Below are positions 47,653 to 55,658 of a stretch of 64,000 bases of DNA, piece by piece (within the stretch, counting starts at the first letter, position 1; every line of letters starts with the position of its first letter). Source of the stretch: Pseudomonadota bacterium. GTDB taxonomy: Archaea > Thermoplasmatota > SW-10-69-26 > JACQPN01 > JAJPHT01. The notes under the pieces are model-generated. The model ran no database searches and was not told the DNA's origin. It saw nothing but the letters and a program-made list of their open reading frames with translations. The stretch lies in the NCBI GenBank assembly GCA_021325135.1, contig JAJPHT010000030.1, positions 152,826 through 216,825 of the forward strand. Reading direction: 5' to 3'. A program made the position numbers and the translations under genes.

Positions 47653-49233
47653 GTGGGACAGGTCAAGGAACTGTTTTCTACTTCCCGAGGTCTGCGGGGT
47701 CGGGAGTGTTGTAACTTTGGGAGCGTCGGCTTCCCTCAGGGGTTGCTCCGTGCAGCCCGTTGTGCGAGGGGTGGGAATCTGAGCTTCACCGAGCTGGTGG
47801 TGGAGGTGGGCGACGCCCGCTCCCCGCTGATCCGCGCCACGCGGGCGCCCCACGAGGGGTTCGCGGTGGTCCGCATCCTGGACGACGGGCAGGCCTCGCG
47901 CCGCTGCCGTCTTCTCGTGGCGTGCCACGGCCCCGCGGAGGAGTTCGACGGCCTCGCCCGCGACCTGCGCGCCGCGCGCCCGCAGGACGACGTGGAGGTC
48001 GCCTTCCAGGGAGGACAGCTTCTCGTGCTCCAGATGGTGGCGCCCCTCGCCGAGGGGGCCGTCGCCCTGGGCTTCATGGGCGTCCCCGCCATGCTGCGCG
48101 AGTCGGGCTTCGAGGGCTTCGTGGACCCCATGGTCGTGCGCGGCGGAAGGGCCCGCGTGCGCGTCCTCGTGGCCAAGCACCTGGAGGCGCCGGAGGCCCT
48201 GCGCGCCCTCCAGGAGGTCCAGCGCGCGCTGGGCGCCACCGACTTCCGCGTCGTGCGCGTCGGCCCCGTGCAGCCCGCGGAGCTGGCCCACGTCATCCGC
48301 CGCATGCTCCCGCCCGAGCAGGAGGAGCTTCTCCGCCTCGCGGCCTCCATGGGCTACTACGACACGCCCAAGCGCTCCACCCTGGAGAACATCGCCGCCA
48401 AGGTGGGCCTCTCCATCTCCCCCGTCCACAAGCGCCTCAAGGCCGCGGAGGAGACGCTGGTGTGCGCCCACGTCCAGCCCGCCGCCAAGGGCTCCGGCGG
48501 GAGGCGCCGCAGCCGCGCGGACCCCCTGGCCGTCGACCCGGCGCAGCCCTGGGAGATCACGCTGCGCGTCCGCGCGCCCGACTTCGGCCCCGCGGGCTTC
48601 GCGCACGCCGTCCCCGGCAGCACGCTCATCCTCCAGCCCCTCTCGGAAGACCGCGCCGCGGGCGTCACGCGCCACCTGGTGGCGGCCCTCGTCCCGGACG
48701 ACCTCCAGATGAAGTTCCTCTCGGGCGTCGAAGGGCGCCCCGAGGTCTCCCACGTCCACGTCGTGGGCCGCGAGCGCGGCTGCATCGCCGTGCGCGTCGA
48801 GGCCCGCGGCCGCTCCGGCTACGGGCTTGGCTGGTGGAGCGAGGTCTGGGGGGGCGACGCCGCCCTGCGCCCCATCCTCGTCGAGGGGGACGACATCCTC
48901 CTGCGCGTCGTGCTCACCCGGCCCCACGCCGAGGATCGTCTCCTCGCCCGGCTCTCGGAGTCCGCCCGCGCGGGCCACTGGCTGGAGCACGAGATCCTCC
49001 ACGCCCGCCCCCTGGGAAGCCCCGGCGCGCCCCCGGAGGTCACGGACCCCCTCACCACGCGCCAGCTGGAAGTCCTCCGCGTCGCCCACGCCCTGGGCTA
49101 CTACCAGACCCCGCGCGGCTGCACCCTGGAGGGCGTCGCGAAGACGCTGGGCGTCAGCGCCAACGCCATCCACAAGAACCTCGTCCTGGCGGAGTCCAAG
49201 ATCATCTCCGCCTACCTGGGCGCGTCGTTCTGA
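47653..49233 (+). CDS. Tandem-duplicated bacterio-opsin-activator (HTH_10) regulator; true start probably 47743-47797
   Basis: Two modules: EQEELLRLAASMGYYDTPKRSTLENIA and LTTRQLEVLRVAHALGYYQTPRGCTLEGVA. Confidence 0.88.
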   Translation: MGQVKELFSTSRGLRGRECCNFGSVGFPQGLLRAARCARGGNLSFTELVVEVGDARSPLIRATRAPHEGFAVVRILDDGQASRRCRLLVACHGPAEEFDGLARDLRAARPQDDVEVAFQGGQLLVLQMVAPLAEGAVALGFMGVPAMLRESGFEGFVDPMVVRGGRARVRVLVAKHLEAPEALRALQEVQRALGATDFRVVRVGPVQPAELAHVIRRMLPPEQEELLRLAASMGYYDTPKRSTLENIAAKVGLSISPVHKRLKAAEETLVCAHVQPAAKGSGGRRRSRADPLAVDPAQPWEITLRVRAPDFGPAGFAHAVPGSTLILQPLSEDRAAGVTRHLVAALVPDDLQMKFLSGVEGRPEVSHVHVVGRERGCIAVRVEARGRSGYGLGWWSEVWGGDAALRPILVEGDDILLRVVLTRPHAEDRLLARLSESARAGHWLEHEILHARPLGSPGAPPEVTDPLTTRQLEVLRVAHALGYYQTPRGCTLEGVAKTLGVSANAIHKNLVLAESKIISAYLGASF

Positions 49234-49307
49234 AGGCCGGGGAACTCCCGAAAGCTTGATCCTGCCTCCGGACAACGTTCGGGGGCGCTCCGACTTGCGC
49301 GGGGCGC

Positions 49308-49323
49308 TTCCTCGGGGGAGGAA
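49308..49323 (+). promoter_or_regulatory. SD-containing palindrome, copy 1
   Basis: TTCCTC-GGGG-GAGGAA ending 3 nt before the start codon. Confidence 0.7.
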
Positions 49324-49326
49324 CAA

Positions 49327-49545
49327 GTGCTGATCGACGACCCCAAGCCGGACGTCAGTCGTCCCAAGGAAGTGAAGGTGAAGATCTCGATGGCGCAGCA
49401 CGTGAAGCTCCACTCCATGAAGGTGCTCACGGGCAAGCCCATCAGCGACGCCGTGAAGGAGGCCCTCGACCTCTACTTCGCGACGCAACCCCTAAGCCGC
49501 GTCCACCTGGACGCCGGCGACCTCGCTTCCGTCGAAGACTCGTGA
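49327..49545 (+). CDS. Ribbon-helix-helix protein, paralog 1
   Basis: KEVKVKI-HVKLHSMKVLTGKPISDAVKEALDLYF. Confidence 0.85.
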   Translation: MLIDDPKPDVSRPKEVKVKISMAQHVKLHSMKVLTGKPISDAVKEALDLYFATQPLSRVHLDAGDLASVEDS

Positions 49546-49725
49546 ACCGCGCTCGGGGGTCCGCACCCCCACTCTTTTTGCTTCTCTCCTTCCCAGGGCG
49601 CGCGCTGCCTCGTTGCGTCCGCCCCGCGCGGGACTTCGGGCCAGGCCCGAACCCGATTCCCTTATGTCTCCCACGCGCCAGAGGGGGTGATAGCAGCCCG
49701 GCGCGAAGCCGGGTGCGAGATGAGA

Positions 49726-49741
49726 TTCCTCGGGGGAGGAA
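49726..49741 (+). promoter_or_regulatory. SD-containing palindrome, copy 2
   Basis: Identical TTCCTCGGGGGAGGAA ending 6 nt before the start codon. Confidence 0.7.
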
Positions 49742-49747
49742 ACTGGT

Positions 49748-49954
49748 ATGATGATCCGCGAACCCAAGGCAGACCCGACCCGCGCGAAGGAAGTCAAGGT
49801 CAAGATCCCCGTGAGCCACCACATCAAGCTCCACTCGATGAAGGTCCTCACCGGCAAGCAGATCAGCGATGCGATCACCGAGGCGCTGGACGTCTACTTC
49901 GCCTCGCGCGGCATCGAGGAGACCCTCACGATGCCGCAGCTTCGCGAGCGCTGA
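49748..49954 (+). CDS. Ribbon-helix-helix protein, paralog 2
   Basis: KEVKVKI-HIKLHSMKVLTGKQISDAITEALDVYF. Confidence 0.85.
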   Translation: MMIREPKADPTRAKEVKVKIPVSHHIKLHSMKVLTGKQISDAITEALDVYFASRGIEETLTMPQLRER

Positions 49955-50007
49955 GTCAGAGCAGACGCACACGGCCGCGCCTCCGGGCCCGGCCTGTCGT
50001 CATCCGC

Positions 50008-50697
50008 CTACGGGCGGATGACGACGTCTCCGGCGAGCACGCGGTGCCGCCGGCCCTCCTTGTCCTGCACCACGAGGGCGCCGTCCTCGGCGACGTCGAC
50101 GGCGACGCCCTCTCCCTTCTCCCACGACACCTTGCGGCCCAGCGTCGCGCACGTCGCGCGCAGGCCCGCGAGGGTCGCCTCCGGCCCGTCGCGCTCCAGC
50201 GCGGCGACGCGAGCCACGAGCGCCTCCGCGATGCGCGTCGCCAGCGCGCGCGCGTCGGGGGGCGGCGCGTGCGCGGCGAGCGCCGTGGCGCCTGGCACGT
50301 CCTCGGGCGCGCGCTCCAGGTTGAGCCCGATGCCCACGACGACGAAGCCGTCGCGGTCCACGCGCGCCTCGGCGAGGATGCCGCCCACCTTGCGCCCTCC
50401 GAGGAGCAGGTCGTTGGGCCACTTCACGTCCACGGGGAAGCCCGTAGCGCGCAGCGCAAGCGCGACGTCCAGCGCCGCCGCCAGGGAGAGGAGCCCCCAC
50501 TGCGCGGGCGCGAGCAGCGGCCGCAGCACGACGCTGAGGTACATGCCCCCTTCGGGCGAGGCGAAGGCGCGCCCCGCGCGGCCCCGCCCGTGCGTCTGCC
50601 GGCGCGCGAGGACGGCCGTGCCCGCGGGCGCGCCCACCAGCGCGAGGGCGCGGGCGTCGTCGTTGGTGCTGCCGGTCTCCTCCTTCTCGACGAGCAA
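50008..50697 (-). CDS. birA: Biotin-protein ligase (no HTH)
   Basis: STND, QTHGRGRAGR, KWPND, KVGGIL. Confidence 0.95.
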   Translation of the reverse strand: MLVEKEETGSTNDDARALALVGAPAGTAVLARRQTHGRGRAGRAFASPEGGMYLSVVLRPLLAPAQWGLLSLAAALDVALALRATGFPVDVKWPNDLLLGGRKVGGILAEARVDRDGFVVVGIGLNLERAPEDVPGATALAAHAPPPDARALATRIAEALVARVAALERDGPEATLAGLRATCATLGRKVSWEKGEGVAVDVAEDGALVVQDKEGRRHRVLAGDVVIRP

Positions 50698-50707
50698 CGG
50701 CGGCGCC

Positions 50708-50731
50708 AGCTAGATGCCGGGGCATCTAGCT
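50708..50731. promoter_or_regulatory. Palindrome between divergent birA and DUF3293 genes
   Basis: AGCTAGATGCC-GG-GGCATCTAGCT. Confidence 0.55.
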
Positions 50732-50739
50732 TTGCGTGC

Positions 50740-51171
50740 GTGGACCCCGATCGTCGCGCCGCCCTGGAGCGCGCCTACCGCGCGACCACCTACCGCGCCG
50801 GCCCGCTGCGCCTGCGCGTGGGCGAGCGCAGCGCGGCGCTGGACGCGATGCTCGCGGAGCGCGGCGCGGACGAGTGGGCCTACCTCACCGCGTGGAACCC
50901 GGGCTCGCAGCCCTGCCCCGAGGCGGAGAACCGCGCCGCGCAGGGGCGCCTTCTGGAGCGCCTTGCCGCGTGGCCCACCCTCGCGGGCGAGAGCCGCGGC
51001 GACGATGCCTCGTGGCCCGCCGAGCCCAGCGTCCTCGTGCTGGGGATCGGCCGCGGGGAGGCGATGGCCTTGGCGCGCGAGTTCGGGCAGGCGGCGATCC
51101 TCGCGGGGCGCCGGAGCGGGGCGGCGGAGCTGGTCTGGGTGGAGGGCGGCCAGAAACCTCACGTACCATGA
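50740..51171 (+). CDS. DUF3293-like protein
   Basis: AYRATTY, LTAWNPGS, EN, WPAEPS, FGQAAI. Confidence 0.8.
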   Translation: MDPDRRAALERAYRATTYRAGPLRLRVGERSAALDAMLAERGADEWAYLTAWNPGSQPCPEAENRAAQGRLLERLAAWPTLAGESRGDDASWPAEPSVLVLGIGRGEAMALAREFGQAAILAGRRSGAAELVWVEGGQKPHVP

Positions 51172-51183
51172 TGGTACCATGAT
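51163..51183. promoter_or_regulatory. Candidate vapBC operator
   Basis: GTACCAT-G-ATGGTAC palindrome overlapping a GTACCATGAT direct repeat just upstream of vapB. Confidence 0.6.
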
Positions 51184-51188
51184 ACGAC

Positions 51189-51425
51189 ATGGCTCGGACG
51201 ACCTCCTTCAGCGACGACGCCTTCCGCGCCATGCGCGAGGAGAAGCGCGAGGGCGAGAGCGACAGCGACGTCCTCCTGAGGCTCCTGGCCGAGGCGCGCG
51301 CGCACCGCAAGGACGCCCGCCGCTTCCTGCGCTCCAAGGCGGCCTTCGCCTTCCCGCCCGAGGCCTTCGCCAAGGCCCGCGCCGCCATGCGCCGCGCCGA
51401 CAGGCGCAATCCGTGGACGGAATGA
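51189..51425 (+). CDS. vapB: VapB-type antitoxin
   Basis: TTSFSDDAF..KREGESDSDVLLRL archaeal antitoxin pattern. Confidence 0.8.
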   Translation: MARTTSFSDDAFRAMREEKREGESDSDVLLRLLAEARAHRKDARRFLRSKAAFAFPPEAFAKARAAMRRADRRNPWTE

Positions 51426-51426
51426 G

Positions 51427-51828
51427 ATGCCCGTCCTCGACGCGATGTTCCTCATCGACGTGAGGCGCGGCAAGCACGGCGCGCGCGAAGCGCTGGATCG
51501 CATGGCGTCCCAGCCCGAGGCCATCCTCGTCCCCATGCAGGCCGCCATCGAGTACGCCACGAGCCTCGCGGACGTCGCGCAGGGCTTCCGCGAGCTGGTG
51601 GAGAGCTTCGAGGTCGTCGACCTGGACGAGCCCATCGCCCGCGAGGCCGCGCGCCTCGCCCAGGAGGCCATCCGGAAGGGCAAGTTCCCCGGCTGGGGCG
51701 ACGCGCAGGTGGCGGCCACGGCGCGGCACCGCGGCATGTGGATCGCCTCCACCAACGTGCGCCACCTCCGCGACGCGCTCTCGTGCCGCGTGTGGGACTA
51801 CCGTCGCGAGGCCGAGCCTCCCGAGTAG
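51427..51828 (+). CDS. vapC: PIN-domain toxin
   Basis: VLDAMFLID, E, GDAQVAATA, STNVRH. Confidence 0.88.
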   Translation: MPVLDAMFLIDVRRGKHGAREALDRMASQPEAILVPMQAAIEYATSLADVAQGFRELVESFEVVDLDEPIAREAARLAQEAIRKGKFPGWGDAQVAATARHRGMWIASTNVRHLRDALSCRVWDYRREAEPPE

Positions 51829-52350
51829 TCATCCGATGGGGAACCCGCGCGGCCCCTTCTCCTGGTCCTTCACCGAGTAGGCGCAGCGCCCGGTGGCGAC
51901 AAGGCGCCCTTCCTCGTCCTTGACGTCCACATCGCCGAATTTCCTGCGGGAAATTCGGCTGGCCAGACGTGGTTCAGCCGACTCGTCAGTCGGCTGAACC
52001 ACGTCGACGTCGACGAACGCGATGGTCCTGCCCAGCGACTTGACGCGCGCCTCGGCGAGGATCGCGCGCCCGGCGATGGCGGGGCGCAGGTAGTCGACGC
52101 GCATGTCGATGGTGGGCGTCGGGAACTGGAGGTCGACGAAGAGGGCCGCGCCCCCGGCGAGGTCGATGAGCGCGGCGAGGATGCCGCCGTGCACGGCGGG
52201 GATGAACGGGTTGCCCACGAAGTCGGGGTTGGGCGGGATGCGCAGCACGGCGCGACCCGGCTCCGCCTCCACGGCCTCGACGCCCAGCCAGGCGTGGAAG
52301 GGCGGGTGGCGGATGAGGCCGTCCAGCCGCTCGACGTGCTCGGCGCCCAC
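51829..52350 (-). CDS. PaaI family thioesterase carrying a 26-aa in-frame insert
   Basis: VHGGILAALID, TIDMRVDYLRP, GRTIAFVDVDV[insert]KDEEGRLVATGR. Confidence 0.88.
   Translation of the reverse strand: MGAEHVERLDGLIRHPPFHAWLGVEAVEAEPGRAVLRIPPNPDFVGNPFIPAVHGGILAALIDLAGGAALFVDLQFPTPTIDMRVDYLRPAIAGRAILAEARVKSLGRTIAFVDVDVVQPTDESAEPRLASRISRRKFGDVDVKDEEGRLVATGRCAYSVKDQEKGPRGFPIG
51934..52011. repeat. 78-nt double-hairpin element inserted in frame
   Basis: Perfect 11-bp stem at 51934-51959 and perfect 18-bp stem at 51966-52005; DVDV duplicated on both sides. Confidence 0.85.
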
Positions 52351-52381
52351 GCGGCCGCGAGCGCGCCCCCGCGGGAAAAGC

Positions 52382-52573
52382 CTACTCCATCTGCTTGGGG
52401 TGGACGCTCCCCTGCGCCTCGGTGCCGGGGAGCGCGGTGGCCGTCCTCCGCTCGCGCGCCTTCGTCTCGGCCCTTGGATCGTCGGGGTCGCCCACCGTGG
52501 GGCCTCGCGGGATGGCCTGGCCCTTGGGGCGCGGGTCCCTCGCCAGGCGGTCCGCGGCGCTCTCGTCCGTCAT
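52382..52573 (-). CDS. Small hypothetical protein
   Basis: ATG with GGGGA SD upstream; hydrophilic 63 aa. Confidence 0.45.
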   Translation of the reverse strand: MTDESAADRLARDPRPKGQAIPRGPTVGDPDDPRAETKARERRTATALPGTEAQGSVHPKQME

Positions 52574-52635
52574 GCGTCCCCCACGCGCGGCGCGCGGCCT
52601 CCTTCTTGCCGCTCGATCATCGATATCTCCTTCGA

Positions 52636-52741
52636 CAAGGGTCCAAAGAACGCGATGAACGCCATGAGCGCGAAGGACGCGACGAAAGGAACCGTCGCGA
52701 CCTTGGCGCTCTTCGCGCTCGTCGCGTTCTTTGGACCCTTG
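52636..52741. repeat. 106-bp MITE-like hairpin with 20-bp terminal inverted repeats and internal 9-mer periodicity
   Basis: CAAGGGTCCAAAGAACGCGA ... TCGCGTTCTTTGGACCCTTG. Confidence 0.85.
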
Positions 52742-52751
52742 ACCAGAGGGC

Positions 52752-53558
52752 CTAACCAGGAGCGCGGGCGAAGGGCCCCGCCGCCCAGGTGGCCTCTGCG
52801 ATGGCCTCCTGCCCGGCGAGGGACGGGTGGAAGTCGTCCACGGGTCCGACGTCGACGTCCTGGATGCGCCCGTCGTGGACGGAGGCGTTGTCGAACCAGA
52901 AGCCCGCCGCGGCGGACTCCTCGCGGAGGACCTGGTTGTACGCGTCGATGCGCTGGCGGACCAGGTCGCGGCCGGTGTCGTTGACGGCGTCCGAGAGGAC
53001 CGAGGGGCACACGCGAAGCGCCTGCCACACGTCGTGGACCTGGCGGTCAGAATGATAGCGGTCCCACATGGCGGTGACGTTGGGCACGCCCACCACGAGG
53101 ACCCACGAGGGGGTCGGAAGCCCCTTGAGGACGGCCGCGCCCGCGCGGAACTCGTCGCGGAACGTCTCCACCGGGGTCAGGTTGCCGCGTCCGCACACGT
53201 CGTTGGCGCCCAGCATGACGGTGACGTACTCCGCCTTCGCGTCGACGGCCTGCTGCGCCTGCCGGGCGAAGTCGCGCATGCGGGCGCCGCTCACGGCGAG
53301 GTCCGCCGCGTGCCCCTGGATCGCGGGGTGGAGGGCGAGGAGGCGCTCGTAGTGGCTGGTCACGCCGTCGTCGGGCGCGTCGCCGACGCTCCACGAGTCG
53401 CCGGGGTTCTCGCCCACCTTGTCGCGCGCCACGTTGACGCCCGCCGTGATGGAGTCGCCGATGGCGGCCATGCTGTCGGGGTACTGCTTGGGGGGCGCGG
53501 CGGCGGGCGACGCGCACCCGGCGAGGAGGACGAGGAGCGCGAGGAGCGTGGCGCGCAC
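52752..53558 (-). CDS. SGNH/GDSL hydrolase lipoprotein
   Basis: LAGC; IGDSI, AVSGA, GAND, DDFHP. Confidence 0.92.
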   Translation of the reverse strand: MRATLLALLVLLAGCASPAAAPPKQYPDSMAAIGDSITAGVNVARDKVGENPGDSWSVGDAPDDGVTSHYERLLALHPAIQGHAADLAVSGARMRDFARQAQQAVDAKAEYVTVMLGANDVCGRGNLTPVETFRDEFRAGAAVLKGLPTPSWVLVVGVPNVTAMWDRYHSDRQVHDVWQALRVCPSVLSDAVNDTGRDLVRQRIDAYNQVLREESAAAGFWFDNASVHDGRIQDVDVGPVDDFHPSLAGQEAIAEATWAAGPFARAPG

Positions 53559-53597
53559 GCGCGGGAGTCGCGGCGGAGGGCTATGGCGCTTGCGATG

Positions 53598-53685
53598 GGG
53601 GGTTCGGGGGGCGCAGCCCCCTGACGTTTTCATCGTCTGCCGGAACGGAGCTTCGCGTCAGGGGGCTGCGCCCCCTGAAACCCCC
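53598..53685. repeat. Inverted pair of REP-like repeats
   Basis: GGGGGTTCGGGGGGCGCAGCCCCCTGACG ... CGTCAGGGGGCTGCGCCCCCTGAAACCCCC. Confidence 0.85.
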
Positions 53686-53688
53686 GCT

Positions 53689-53958
53689 TTAGCTCCATCG
53701 CCGTGCGAAGCCGGGGACGGCCGCGGGGTTGGCCGCGAGGAGGGGCGAGGAGTCGTGGCTTGCCGCGAAGGCGCCCATGAGGAGCCCCATGCCCACGGGG
53801 AGGCGGCGGGGGATGCTGTAGTTCTGGCGCGTGGCGAGGGGCAGGCCGCAGAGACCGCAGGTGTGGAGGCGGCCGTCGTCGGTGACGCCGCGCAGGGCGA
53901 ATCCGCAGGCCGGGCAGTGCGCTTCGAGGATGTCGTGCATGAGCGAGCGAACCACCAT
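53689..53958 (-). CDS. Small zinc-ribbon protein
   Basis: CPACG and CGLCG pairs. Confidence 0.6.
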   Translation of the reverse strand: MVVRSLMHDILEAHCPACGFALRGVTDDGRLHTCGLCGLPLATRQNYSIPRRLPVGMGLLMGAFAASHDSSPLLAANPAAVPGFARRWS

Positions 53959-54136
53959 GCCGCGCTTGGGCATATGACGCGGAGGGTCCCGAAATCGCCA
54001 GTCGCGAAACGCAACGCTCAAGTGCGCGTTTCGGGGCCGCGCGGGGAGAAGGATGGAACGAGGCGGCCCGGACGGTGCGCGTGGCGCGGACCGAAAGCGG
54101 GCTCCCTTTAAGAACCGGCGCGCGTCTGCCCGCGGC

Positions 54137-55204
54137 ATGAGCCTCCTTCGGACCCCGCTCCACGACCTGCACGTGAAGCTGGGCGCGCGCATGGTGCCCT
54201 TCGCCGGCTACGAGATGCCCGTGCAGTACGCGGGCATCCTGGAGGAGCACGAGGCGGTGCGCAAGGCGGCGGGCCTCTTCGACGTCTCGCACATGAGCAA
54301 CCTGTGGGTCACGGGGCCCGACGCCGTCTCCACCCTCTCGAAGGCGCTCGTGGCCGACGTGGGGCAGGTGCCCATGAGCGGCACCAAGTACACGGCGGTC
54401 CTCCACGACGACGCCACCATCGTGGACGACCTCTACGTCTTCCACGCGCCAAAAGGCTATCACGTCGTCCCCAACGCCGGCATGAACCAGGTCGTCGCGG
54501 ACCGCATCCGCCAGATGGGCAAGGCCCCTGTGCAGGACGCCACGCGCGAGACGGCGATCCTCGCCCTCCAGGGACCCAAGGCGCAGCCCATCCTGGAGGC
54601 CGCGCTGGGGCGCAGCTTCGCGGACCTCAAGCGCTTCCACCTCACGCAGGCGCCCGAGCTGGGCGCCGACGCGTTCGTCTCGCGCACGGGCTACACGGGG
54701 GAGGACGGGTTCGAGCTGTTCTTCCCCGGCGTCCGCGCCGTCGAGGTTTTCGAGCGCCTGCTCCACGCGGGCAAGCCCCACGGCCTCGTGCCCACCGGCC
54801 TCGGGGCGCGCGACACGCTGCGCCTGGAGAAGGGCTACTGCCTCGCGGGGCACGAGTTCGCCGGCGGGCGCACGCCCCTGGAGGCGGGCCTCGGGTGGCT
54901 CGTCCACTGGGACCACGACTTCGCCGGCAAGCCCGCCCTCGCGAAGCAGAAGGCCGAGGGCGTGAAGCGCAAGCTCGTGGGCCTGCGCGCGGGCGGCAAG
55001 GGCATCCCGCGCCAGGACATGCCCGTGGCGAAGGAGGGGCGCGAGGTCGGCGTCGTCACCAGCGGCACGCTGAGCCCCACCCTCAAGGAGGGCATCGCGC
55101 TGGCCTACGTGGACGTCGCGCACGCCGCCGTGGGCTCCGAGCTTGACATCATGGTGCGCGGGAAGCCCCTGGCGGCCAAGGTCGTGAAGCTCCCCTTCGT
55201 GTGA
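54137..55204 (+). CDS. gcvT: Glycine cleavage system aminomethyltransferase T
   Basis: [34 protein letters not shown]. Confidence 0.97.
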   Translation: MSLLRTPLHDLHVKLGARMVPFAGYEMPVQYAGILEEHEAVRKAAGLFDVSHMSNLWVTGPDAVSTLSKALVADVGQVPMSGTKYTAVLHDDATIVDDLYVFHAPKGYHVVPNAGMNQVVADRIRQMGKAPVQDATRETAILALQGPKAQPILEAALGRSFADLKRFHLTQAPELGADAFVSRTGYTGEDGFELFFPGVRAVEVFERLLHAGKPHGLVPTGLGARDTLRLEKGYCLAGHEFAGGRTPLEAGLGWLVHWDHDFAGKPALAKQKAEGVKRKLVGLRAGGKGIPRQDMPVAKEGREVGVVTSGTLSPTLKEGIALAYVDVAHAAVGSELDIMVRGKPLAAKVVKLPFV

Positions 55205-55294
55205 GGGCTGACCCGTCCGGAGCGCAGTCGCCAGGTTGCATCGCTCAAGGCTATGGAGCCCCTTGCGGATGGCCGGGCCTTGGAGCCTGCTTCC

Positions 55295-55627
55295 TTGAAG
55301 CCCACCACCTTGGCCCTCCTCGTCCTCGCCCTCGTCGGCGCCGCCATCGGCATCCTCGCCCCCGCCGCGGACGCCGCGCCCTTCGCGTGCAGCAGCGAGA
55401 TCAGCTCGTCCTGCCCCGGGTTTGTCTGCTACGGCTCGACCACGAGCGCGCCCTTCTGCGTGCAGAACCCGTGCAACGAGATCAACTGCGTGACGCTCGT
55501 GCGCCTCTACTGCATCGAGGGGCGCAACTGCCCCGCCGGCAAGCTCGCGTGCGTGCTTCCCGACACCGCGCGCGTGTGCGTGCCCGACCCCTGCTACACC
55601 ACCGCGTGCTTCGCGCGACCCGAGTAG
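55295..55627 (+). CDS. Secreted cysteine-rich peptide (12 Cys in two 6-Cys repeats); start may be 55253
   Basis: Signal peptide (M)[26 protein letters not shown]; duplicated Cys spacing. Confidence 0.75.
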   Translation: MKPTTLALLVLALVGAAIGILAPAADAAPFACSSEISSSCPGFVCYGSTTSAPFCVQNPCNEINCVTLVRLYCIEGRNCPAGKLACVLPDTARVCVPDPCYTTACFARPE

Positions 55628-55658
55628 GCCCGTCGCGCCAGGACGGCGCCCGCCGGCC

